Part shown: positions 8,701 through 18,958 of the stretch, piece by piece
How positions within the stretch are numbered: position 1 is the stretch's first letter
Layout of the letters: each line of letters starts with the position of its first letter
From: Piromyces finnis finn
Taxonomy: Eukaryota > Fungi > Neocallimastigomycota
Reading direction: 5' to 3'
Length of the DNA: 64,000 bases
Assembly: GCA_002104945.1 (NCBI GenBank)
Contig: MCFH01000051.1
Coordinates: 310,001-374,000 of the forward strand
Notes under the pieces: model-generated
Told to the model about the DNA's origin: nothing
The model's database searches: none
Seen by the model: only the letters and a program-made list of their open reading frames with translations
Made by a program: the position numbers and the translations under genes

Positions 8701-11201
8701 ATGACATTTCAGGAAGTAACGACGGCAATATAAATAACTTTACCTTGGAAGAAAATAATTTAAAATATAATAATTTAAAATATAATAGTGCTGACGAAAC
8801 TGAAATTTGTGAAATTAAAGAAGTGAATATAAAGAGAAATGACGACAAGAAAAATAAAAATATAAACAGTAAAGACAATTCAAATATATCAAAGGATAAT
8901 AAAAGGAATAATAAATACCTGAATGCAAAAGGAAATGTTTATTTTATAGAAGAAAATTCAGACATTGTAAATAAAAATGAATTAATTGAAGAAGTATTAA
9001 AAACACCATCAGAAATGGAGATAAATGATTTAACTGGAGAAATTGACAATAATGATTTTTTAAATATCCTGAGTCCTGACATTGATTTAGGAACAAGAAA
9101 GAAAATTGATTTTGAAAATATTGAGAGTGTCAAAAATAATATAAATAAAAATAATAGAAAAGAAATAGAAAATAATTATTCAAATGTAAAAGTAAATTAT
9201 AAGAATGAAGAATATTATAAGAAAAATTACATACCTATTAATGAGAATGAAATAAGAAGAAATTTGAATAAAGAAAATATCAATATTCCTGAAGAAAAGT
9301 CCAAATTTAAAAATATTTCTGATGAAAAAGAAAGTAATTTAAATAATCAAAATAAAAAGGAATATAATTTGAGAAATTTAAAAAATAAAAATGAAATTAA
9401 AGATCCAATCAATAAAGATAAATCTAAGAAAAAATTTTTTGATAAGAAAAAGTTATTATCAAAACAAAATTTTTTGAATAAGAGAAATCTAAATAGAAAA
9501 TTAAAATCCAATAAAAATTTTAAATTAAATGAAAATCATCCACCAAAGGAAGAAAAATTCCCAAGAAAGCGGAAACTTGTTCCAAGTGAAGATGTCATAG
9601 AAGAAAAATTTAGTAAGCCACATGAACATGAACCAGAAAAGAAGAAAATTAAGGAAGTGGCGCTAACTATAGCACAAATCAAGGAGCCAAATTCCTATAA
9701 TGATATATTTAAAAGAAAAGATAAGGATAAGTGGATAAAAGCAATAGAAGCCGAATTGCTAAATATGAAAGAAAGAAAAGTGTTCAAAAGAATAGATGAA
9801 GTTCCAGAAGACGCCAATATTATTGATTCAAGATGGGTATTTAAGATAAAAAGGAATAGCACTGGTGAGATAGAAAAATACAAAGCTAGACTTGTAGCCA
9901 GAGGTTTTACACAAGAATATGGAGAAGACTACAATGAGACCTTTTCTCCTACTCTAAAACAAGACTCATTAAGAATCCTAATAGGAATAGCTGCAATTAA
10001 TAACTATAAAATCCATCAATTAGATGTTAAGGCCGCATATTTGTATGCAGATTTAAAGGAAGATATATATATGAAAGCACCTGAAGGAGATAAAATGTAT
10101 AAAAAAGGATTATGGAAATTAAATAAAGCATTATATGGCTTAAAACAAGCAGCAAGAGAATGGAATAACAACATCAGCAATACTCTCATTGAACTAGGAT
10201 TTCAGAAATTAGTTAGCGAACCATGCATATTTATAAAGACCAAAAACAATAAATTAGTATGTTTAGTTGGAATATATGTTGATGACATCCTAATAACTGG
10301 TAAAAAGGAAGAAATAGATAAAACTATTAAATTAATTAAAGAGAAATATGTTATCACGGATGTTGGTGATGCAAATTTCATCATAGGAATCAAAGTAGAA
10401 ACGTTAAAAGATGGGTATTTGTTACATCAAGAAAGGTATTTAAAGGATATATTACACAAATTTGGTTTAGAAAACTGCAGAGGATCAAAGACAACTACAC
10501 CAATCAAGAATGATGAACAACTCAATCAGCCTTTTGACCCTACTACTTATAGAGCTGCAATAGGAAGTCTTTTATATTTAGCCATAGGTACTCGTCCAGA
10601 TATCTTATTTTCAGTAACCAAAGCATCTAGGTTCTCACAAAATCCTACTATCCAAAATTGGAAGAATGTATTACAAATATTCAAATATCTGAAAGAAAAT
10701 CCTCATTATGGAATCCGTTTTGAAAGAAACTTAAATTTGAAGATTTTTGTAGATTCAGACTATGGGGGAGATGAAGAAACAAGAAAATCTACCACTGGAT
10801 TTGTATTTTTATTGGGAAATGGACCAACAAGCTGGTACTCAAAACTGCAAAAATGTGTATCAACTTCAACCGCCGAAGCAGAATATTATGGACTTTGTGA
10901 ATGCTCAAAGCAAGCTCTGTGGTATAGAAATATTTTTAGTGAATTAAAAATAAAGGAAGAATGCTTAAAAATCAATATTGATAATCAAGCAACTATTTAC
11001 AACGCAAATAATGAAACGATTAATCCAAAGTCAAAACATATTGATATTAAGTACCATAAAGTAAGAGAATTAATTAAAGAAAATAAAATCAGTCTAGAAT
11101 ATATAAAATCAGAAGAAAATTTAGCAGATGGTTTTACTAAATACTTGAATAAAAATAAAATGAAAATATTTAGAGATAGTTTATTATATAAATACAAATA
11201 A
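5748..11201 (+). CDS. Copia Gag-Pol polyprotein (uninterrupted)
   Basis: CCHC knuckle CYFCHQKGHTVKQC; protease WTLDSGASNH; integrase HIDLVGP, ILDDYSRY, LRSDNGTEF, QNGRAER; RT KARLVARGFTQ and YVDD; RNase H FVDSDYGGD, STAEAEY, KHIDIKYH, NLADGFTK. First ATG at 5748. Confidence 0.97.
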   Translation: MSKRKSNGDTGSIPIFDPTVMLGKVTYELNNKNFITWQMFMRNILNYYGLEDWVDENKTPKIKSDEGMDIDGEEYLKAPFEINTYYDKNVTEDDLKTDRNIQFLIRYTLGPNCQQDIQDRSLTSYEMWKLLEDIYLGDKIERKNRLIKETNSLKYDPKESFSRFVNKLNSNFNKLEQLNVKIDDEEKIGLLYQALPEKYRKVTVLKHEDWEECKKDTARMIDKMNKFDPKEKSETFGIRHIFSVEGSYKGDKRKESTKYYRNKQSNNHNKNTNKGKEKSNEERNWNNKNKQNITCYFCHQKGHTVKQCRIQKELSEEVTRRLRKEKNKGKEAFLATGEIVNKQTTEDFEPEVGYQDLFTVDYNTLFDNNNDECNNKSCNYVSCENVPTSFTTWTLDSGASNHITKDIGILKNVFEHVEPINYANGATTKSTHMGEVNGSINEEPIKLEDVMYIPDVKRNLISVAKLVKSGYQIIFDEKNNNVFAYIKDKKTDNVYEVKANEYDVFNLYIKEGNVVNNYSMCDNVRNNGEYWHRRIGHLNFNNNDEKNNIHNCTICMRSKMKEIPHKRSDSRASSVLELVHIDLVGPITPSIHDNVYFLSILDDYSRYGWVIFVKNKSDVFKEFGNWLNKTTNELSSKVKYLRSDNGTEFTSNNFKELCNEYGITQQFTVPGNPEQNGRAERFNGKLIKTATAMLMDARLCRRFWEDAVKTANYVHNRVPHSGINGEIPFELMYNRKVDYKNLRVFGCKVYYLDDSNIPKFQDKTKEGIFIGYDESSVGYRIFDIKSRKIKVKRVVGFLEEEPGDYNYNLEKENNNETYSQDTETFQVRNFNYMYDKENENNNNKDKKEKDISNENDKLMNENLETLNDKTSNKEDLKEVNYEEKFRNIEEKLDKLTSLLNKEKNNSSESFMQVCEDTNDSNMSIEDSEEEDLNLLDYIKLKEKKKERLNKNNYQKIEGMEENKEIKISTSMESVSETNKEKENNNDISGSNDGNINNFTLEENNLKYNNLKYNSADETEICEIKEVNIKRNDDKKNKNINSKDNSNISKDNKRNNKYLNAKGNVYFIEENSDIVNKNELIEEVLKTPSEMEINDLTGEIDNNDFLNILSPDIDLGTRKKIDFENIESVKNNINKNNRKEIENNYSNVKVNYKNEEYYKKNYIPINENEIRRNLNKENINIPEEKSKFKNISDEKESNLNNQNKKEYNLRNLKNKNEIKDPINKDKSKKKFFDKKKLLSKQNFLNKRNLNRKLKSNKNFKLNENHPPKEEKFPRKRKLVPSEDVIEEKFSKPHEHEPEKKKIKEVALTIAQIKEPNSYNDIFKRKDKDKWIKAIEAELLNMKERKVFKRIDEVPEDANIIDSRWVFKIKRNSTGEIEKYKARLVARGFTQEYGEDYNETFSPTLKQDSLRILIGIAAINNYKIHQLDVKAAYLYADLKEDIYMKAPEGDKMYKKGLWKLNKALYGLKQAAREWNNNISNTLIELGFQKLVSEPCIFIKTKNNKLVCLVGIYVDDILITGKKEEIDKTIKLIKEKYVITDVGDANFIIGIKVETLKDGYLLHQERYLKDILHKFGLENCRGSKTTTPIKNDEQLNQPFDPTTYRAAIGSLLYLAIGTRPDILFSVTKASRFSQNPTIQNWKNVLQIFKYLKENPHYGIRFERNLNLKIFVDSDYGGDEETRKSTTGFVFLLGNGPTSWYSKLQKCVSTSTAEAEYYGLCECSKQALWYRNIFSELKIKEECLKINIDNQATIYNANNETINPKSKHIDIKYHKVRELIKENKISLEYIKSEENLADGFTKYLNKNKMKIFRDSLLYKYK

Positions 11202-11223
11202 TGAATTTATAACTTTGGGGGAG

Positions 11224-11458
11224 TGTGAAAATAAAATACATTACAAAATAATATTTTATGTATTTTTTATGTATTTGTATTTTATAAAATTATAAATTAA
11301 TATTGTACTACATTTTTATTCTTGGGTTATTTTTTAATAAAAAGATTTTAAGAAAGTTACAATATTTATATTATAAAATAAATATAAATAAATAAAAGAT
11401 TATAAAAACCCAAATAGTTTTATAAATAAATTTAAGTGTAAACTAAATTTATCTGACA
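11224..11458 (+). repeat. 3' LTR (235 bp)
   Basis: Follows the PPT; same sequence as 5465-5699. Confidence 0.95.
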
Positions 11459-11594
11459 TATTTGTTTATTTGTAATTTTTTTTTTTTTTTAAAATCTCTT
11501 TTATTTAGGTATCTATATATAATATTTAAATTTTTGTTATAATTCAAGCGTATAAAATATAATAATTTTATTTGAATATACAAGCATTATATTT
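11459..11594. repeat. 136-bp direct repeat, right copy, abutting the copia 3' LTR
   Basis: TATTTGTTTATTTGTAA...CAAGCATTATATTT, same as 5328-5463. Confidence 0.9.
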
Positions 11595-14366
11595 TATATT
11601 TATAACTATTATATAAAAAAATAAAAATAAAAATAAAAAACATAGTATTATTTAGAAAGAAAAGATTTATTGATTAATTAAAATTTCATAAATTAATAAT
11701 CAATTTATCATAAAAATAAACAAACAAACGAAAAGACAACAACAAACATTCTACGGATGGTTTCTCTGTAATTTACTATCCCAATTAATTTAGTATTAAT
11801 TAAATTTGACCAGGAAAAAATTACTAATAAAGTTCAAAAAAATTTTTATAAAGTTTTCTTTTTAACAATGCTATTATTATTATTAACATATTTTTTATCC
11901 CTCTTTATCAAATATTTTATAATTTATTATTATTTCTTTTTGAATAATATCAAATTAAATATATATATATTAATAATAATAAAAGTCATTTTTTCTTCTT
12001 CTTTCCTTATAGTAAAGTAAAATAATTTTAATAGAGTGAATTATGAAAAAAAAATTTTTTTTTCTGTAATAATAAATTAAAAATTGTTTTTTTTTTTTTC
12101 TTTTTACATTTTCTAATTTATTATTATTGTTATTATGGAAATATTAATATTAAAAAAGTATTTTCTTTTTCTTTTTTTAATTTCTTTTATATTGTTTTTT
12201 TTTAATACGCCGCAGTAATAATTATTAAATGAAGGATGATGAATCCTTTATTTTTTTTATATTACAAAGAAAAGCCCACTTTATTTACTTGTAATCAAAA
12301 ACTTTTTTCTAGTTATCGCGTTCTTCGTTTTTTTTGTTTATTCTGTTTTTAATCAGTGATTTTTCCATTTTAAGTATGGTAATATAAAACTTTTTTTTAT
12401 AATATTTATTTATATATCATTTTAAATTGATATTAATGTGTTCAATTAATGAATATAAGATTATTGAGTACTAATAAATATAATAATTAAATTTAATGGT
12501 TTAAAGAAAAAGATGATACTTTTTTTTATTATAATTTACATCATAGATGAATAAATCATTGCCCATATTCCTTTCTTTTTTAATGGATTCTTTCTCTAAC
12601 CATTTATAATTGTATGGTATTTAATTTTACTATTTGAATTTTTTTTTCTATATTATTTTAACACTTTCTGTTGGTTTAAACTTGAAACATTCATCAAAGA
12701 TTTATTAATTACATGGCTGAATTGCACTCTTAATCAAACTATTGATTCTTTTTCATTTAAATAATTAAATATAGTATAATATAAGCTTTTTATTAAATGT
12801 CAAAAAAAAAAAAGAAATAATATATTTACAATATATTTATTATATATTAATATAATATATTAATTTTCATTATTAACTATTAAAATCTTTTAAATACATA
12901 TAATAAATTATTATTGGTAAGTGGTAATATACATTTTTAAAGTGATCTACTATGTATACAACCTATAAAATTATTTGTAACATTATACATTTTACCATTA
13001 AAATATTTCCAATTTTAAAATATCAACATTATAAAAGTGTAAAATTTTATTTATTAAGCAGAACATATTAATATATGAAATAATAGTAATAATAGTATTC
13101 TATATTTACATTAAACTACTTTATTGATAATGCTAAAAAGATGTTAAGTCATTCTATGAATATATTCTATATATGTAAATTTTTAAAAAAAAAGAAAAGA
13201 ATAAAAAAAAATTTTACAAATAGAAAATTAAGTTATAGTTTTTTAATTTGTATTACGTTACACATAATATACTATCCAGTGTAATATACTTATGATTAAT
13301 ATAATATATTTATTACCAATAAAATTATTTTTTGTACTACATTTTAATGGAAAAAATTTTTTTAATGATATATTGGAATTATTTGTCATCCTAACTTGAT
13401 TATTCTCCTTAATATTAAATCATTTCTGTGTAATTTATTTCATCAATTATAATGATTGATATTATATTAATGATATATTTTTATTTTCTGGATATTATAC
13501 TGTTGAAAAAATTTTTTTTATATGTAATTACTATTTAAAAATTTTATTTATGTAATTTTTTTTTGTAAAGCTATTATAGTTCCTTAAATTATAAAACATC
13601 TTTAAAAATAATATATTGCTTTTCATTTTAATATATTGCATAGAAAATGCAATAACTTTATAATATATTATTAAAATTTAATTTGCATTTAAATATTATT
13701 TTTATATTAGAATAATTTTTAAAACAAGTATAAATTAACTAATCGAAAGTAAAAAAAGGCTATTAAACTTTAATAGGTAATATTTTACTACTTGATGAAT
13801 CTTAATATAGTTTAATTAAAAAATTTTTATATATAAAAAGATAAATTAACATTATATTATTTTTAATGAAACTTCATTCATAATCTTAACAAGCTTACTG
13901 GGGTATAATTGAAATAATCCATAAATAAAGATAGGATATTGTAAATTTTTGTTATATATACTGTAGGATATATACTAAATAATTAAGCATTAGTTCTATT
14001 AAAATTACTATTAATAATTAATGGTTTATGTATTACACTAAAAACTTTTTTTATCTTGCAAAATCTTTATATTATAGTTTATAAAATGTATATTATTTAT
14101 TATTATTTCATAAATGAATAAAATAGATAGATGTAAAAAATCTTATTATGATAAGATATTTAGCAAGATGTTTTATAAAAGTGTATCCAAGTTTTCGATT
14201 ATTATTTTATCTGTATTATATTTGTGATATAATTTATATTAATAAAGTTAGATAATAGTAAGGCATTAAATAACTATTCTAAATACTTTAGAAATATATG
14301 AAACACATTAATTATATATACCACTAATAGTAAAAAGCTTTTTATTATTATTTTATAAATTGTAAT

Positions 14367-14371
14367 TCATC

Positions 14372-14417
<46 letters not shown>

Positions 14418-14960
14418 TTCCGAGTGCATTTCTCCCATCGATCAGAGTTAGCTCCAATGGTGGTTCTTAGAGAAACGTTGGCTCATTCCTATTGCTAGGT
14501 GGTTGTGACCCTCCTGGTCTGTCATACTGTTTCTTCAGCTTCGACGCTCACTTAATCCATGTACATTAGATGCATGTCGTTGTACGATATTTCACAACTA
14601 CAATGCTAAGCCTCTTATAGTCAATTTGATCACGTGTCAACCGCCCCCTAATGTTTACACTTAAATTGATTAAGGAATATTATGTGTTTTTGGCATAGCC
14701 TAAGTCACCACTTATTAAGTTCTAATTTGGAATGTACCATGTACACTAGACCCTCTCAGGCCGGCTAGACGAGTGTTATTATCATAGTAGTAAATTAGAA
14801 AGTTCATTTATACTTACCTGAATATCATAACCCAACCCATGGCAAACCCAGTGGGAAAATCCACAGGCACTGACATCTGCGGGGTCGAACCAGAAGCCTT
14901 ATGTATGCTAAGGAAACGCCTTAACAACCAGGATAAAAACTGGAACGACATCATCGTTTT
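14367..14960 (-). mobile_element. tRNA-Ala(AGC)-derived SINE, ~575 bp, with poly(A) tail and 10-bp TSD
   Basis: GC-richer island in AT-rich DNA. T42 run at 14373-14414 is a poly(A) tail on the minus strand. TSD TCATCGTTTT at 14367-14376 and 14951-14960. The head (14871-14953) has B box GGTTCGACCCC and loop TTAGCAT in tRNA-Ala register. Confidence 0.8.
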
Positions 14961-17900
14961 AAATAGAAAATTTCTTTTTTTTAAAAAGTTTTATTGATCT
15001 TAATCCTTTTTATTTCTTAATATATTTTAACTAATATATTGTAGATGTATATTACATTATAAATATTCAATATACTATCATAAAATAATAATTAATTAAA
15101 TTATATTAATATACAAAAACATACAAAATTCTAAACAAAATTATATAAAATATATATATTGTTTTAATTAATAATTATTATATTTATTAAATGTTACATC
15201 AAAAAAACATAGAATAAATTTTTTTCAAGAACCTTAATTATTATTAAAATGTAAAGGATTCAATAATCATTAATAAATAATTTTAATAATTAAAATTTGT
15301 CTTTAATTTTTTATTAATTAATAAATAAAGTTCAGGAACCAACAATTTATTAATTAAAATAAAATAATTATATTTAATAAAATAAAATAAAAATAAACAA
15401 ATATAATTATTAATGAATAACTAAAATAAATAAATCATATTGCATATATGTGGTGTAGTAACACTATCCATTTCTTTAATTATTGTTTTTTTTTTTTTTA
15501 ATTCAATGTACTAAATAAATAATATTACCTATATAATCAATTATACTTTAATAAATACTTTATAATTTTTAGTCATATTATTAAATTCATGTTGCTGAAA
15601 ACTATATATGAATTAATATAAAAATTAACAAAAAAAAACTTTATTATTAATGTAAAGGTGTGAAAGATGAATAAAAAAGGAAAATGATTTTCAATTATGT
15701 CTTTTTTTTTAACTTTTAATTAAATAATAATTCATATTATTGATACTAAAAAAGTAAAAATGTCTATCATTGCAATAATGACGACAAAGTATTTTCTTTG
15801 TTTTTTTATCTTAATTATTATTATTTTTATCACATTATTGAAATATTTTTATTTTAATATTTTATTTAAAATTTCTTCCTATGCATTATTCCCTTTATAA
15901 TATATACTACAATCCTAATGTGTTTTATATTATATTTTCTTTTTAATCCACCAAAACCAATAATATTAGATAACTATCTTAATGTGATAAAAGTTTGTTA
16001 AATAAAAATTAAGATTTGATGACTGATAATAATAGGTTAAATTCTATCAACATAAAGTTCTTTCTATTATAAGGAACAATAATAAAAAGCTCATCTGCAA
16101 CTTTAATAATAATGAGGTGTATTAATATTGTAAATAAGTTTGTACAACACTTAAATTTCCTTTTTTTAATAGTTCAAAATCAAAGCAAAGTGGGCAACTA
16201 CTGCGGTTAATTTTATATGAGAAATAAAAAAGTTTAAGGAATTAAAGTTTTAGTAATGGTCAAAGAAGCAATGAAATTATTATCTATAGGATAATTACGT
16301 AATAGAATACAATACTCATTAATAATATGAACTTTATATTCATCATCGTGAGTAAAAACTTTTTATATTTTATTGCTAATAAAAATTCTATACAAGTATT
16401 TTATAATTACCTACCTATATATTTTAATTATATAAATTGATCTTTGTACTGTTCTATTTTTTTTTTTTTTTAATATTGTATTTTGTTGATAATCCATTCA
16501 ATGAAATTTATATATAAAAATTTTAATATAAATTTGAGTATATTTATGATTTATAAAGTTAATATATATACATTTATAAAATACATTTATAACATAATTA
16601 TTATTAAATATAATAAAAATATATTACAATATATTATAATATTAATTTGTATTTATAATATAATATTGGTCTAGACTAAAAAATAAAAAATTTAGGGAAA
16701 ATATCACCAAAAATTAATTGTTTAAAGTTTCTCTATCCACTTTTCATTGTTTAGTATTTATTAATATATTAAAATTTTTATTATTGAATCATAATAAATA
16801 AATGAGAAATATATTCCAATATACTAATTATTATATTTATACTTAATAGATAATTATTTCATTTTATAATGATAAAAAAACTATTGTTACCTTTTTATTT
16901 TATTTGTTATTTCGTACATGACATATAATTTAAAAATGAGTTTTATCCAATAGTCAATTATATAATGATGTGATTTATCTAATTTTATATGTAATAAACC
17001 TTTACATTAATTATAATGTAGTACTACTATAATTAATACGCTATAAAACATTAAGTTAATGTTGGTATAACTTAGTTTAATAAATATATTATTATAGACT
17101 AGTTATCTTTTTAAATCATAATAATATATTATAATAATATATATTATATAACATTATATATTAGTAATAAATACACTCTATAATAATATGTAAGAACAAT
17201 AATTCTATACACTAAATATCATTTTATAATATATAATTAACATATATTAAATTATAAAGCATTTTTATTATCAATATATTGTATAGAAAGCTTTTAAACG
17301 GTTGAAAAGATTAATATTTAAACTTTTTTAAATTTAATTTAATTTAATTAAATACTATTATATTATAAAATATATGATAGTATTATTTTTAACATATAAT
17401 ATTATATATAAATATTATATTTCAAGTCATAGCTTATTGGAAACGATTTAAAAAAAAACAACAACCATATTTAACTAAATTATGAATAATATTTTGGAGT
17501 TGTACAATATTATAGTAATTGAATAAAATATATAAAAATGAATAATAAATCATTTTAATAGTAATTACACTTTTTTAATTAATTAAAAATGTATATTAAA
17601 AAGTACAAAGAAAAAATTAAAAAAAAAGTTAATGAATTAGAAATAAGATAAAATAAAATAAAAAGAACTTTTTTTTTTATTCATAAAAAAAATTATAAAA
17701 AAAAAAAATAAAAAATAAAAATATAAGAATGTTTACTTAAATTAATAATTATTATATTTTAAATGTTTTAAAATCTAGTAAAAATAAGCATATGTTTTAT
17801 TATTTTTTAAAATAATTTATTTATGGGAAAAAAATAAATAATCTTTATATTTATTATATACAAAGGTTATTTAGAGAAAAAAAATAAATAAATTTTTAAA

Positions 17901-18958
17901 AAATAATGAAATATAATAAAAAGAATAATTATAGTAAATAACAACATTTTTTTTTTAATATTATTCTTTTTTTTTTGTAAAATAATTTTTTAATAGGGAA
18001 TACTTAATTCATTTAAAATAATAATATATAGTAAAAAAATTAAATTAATAATTTTAAGTAATTTATATAAAATAAAATAAATAAATAAATTATAATAAAT
18101 AAATTTAATATATAAGCAAATTAATAATACAAACATAATCAGTAAATAAAAAGATAATAATAAATCAACACAATAATTCTAATAAAAAATAATATTTATA
18201 GAAAATTAAAACAATAATAATATACAAACAAAAAAATAATTAGAGATTATTTTAATAACAATATAATATAATAGTTGAATAAAAAAATATACAATAGGCT
18301 CTTATTTATTAAATTTTAAATTTTGATAAAATATTTCTAAAGCAAAAATAAAATAATTTATATCTAGTGTATATATTAATTTTTATTTGTTTTAAGATAT
18401 ATTTTAAATTATTTATTTTAAACTATTTTTGTAAAAATAAAAACAAAATTTAATATAATATTTAAGTATATAAAGTCTATTAAACTTTTTAAAAAGTAAT
18501 AATAATATTATATACCAACATAGGAAAAACCTTATATTTATTGAAAAAGGCCTTTCCTTATTATTAAAATGTATTACTAAGATTATTATTTTAGTAATTT
18601 GTATTTAATGATAAAAAAATATAATATTATTGAATTTATTTAATTTAATATTACGAAATAATTACTTTTTTTTTAATAATTATTGATTTTATTTGGAAAA
18701 AGGTAAGAAATTTATAATTTTAAATTGTAGTTATCGGAAAAATTTATTCTAATTATTATTATTTTATTATAATAATATTATATAGTATTGAATAAGTTAT
18801 ATTTATTAATAATATCAGAATAATTTTTTATTAAAAGTTTAAATTCTTCAAACTGTATATTTTTTTAAAATATAACAAGTGAGAAAACTTTCTTAGTTGG
18901 AAAAACGAATTTAATAGTTGTATCATTTTTTAAAGCCTGTATTTAAATAGTTATATCA

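Larger units (their letters stand above)
5465..11458 (+). mobile_element. Full-length Ty1/copia LTR retrotransposon
   Basis: Two 235-bp TG...CA LTRs, PBS at 5700, PPT GGGGGAG at 11217-11223, and a single ORF in copia order (gag-PR-IN-RT-RH). Confidence 0.98.

Noticed and set aside
6330-11197. Small antisense or alternate-frame ORFs inside the copia ORF, and likewise inside the kinesin, Pol lambda and RNF213-like genes
   Set aside because: Expected by-products of long, biased coding frames; no motifs.
5460-11463. Canonical 5-bp copia TSD
   Set aside because: ATTTC and TATTT do not match; the flanking duplication is 136 bp instead.
12540-12760. Slightly GC-richer patches (also ~16000-16350, containing a CPLC on the minus strand) that might be decayed LINE fragments
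   Set aside because: Multiple stops and too few motifs to support a call without a tBLASTn/RepeatMasker search.
14871-14953. Functional tRNA-Ala gene
   Set aside because: The anticodon stem no longer pairs (TTTCC/ACATA), the D arm is aberrant, and it is fused to a body with poly(A) and TSD; it is better explained as a SINE head.
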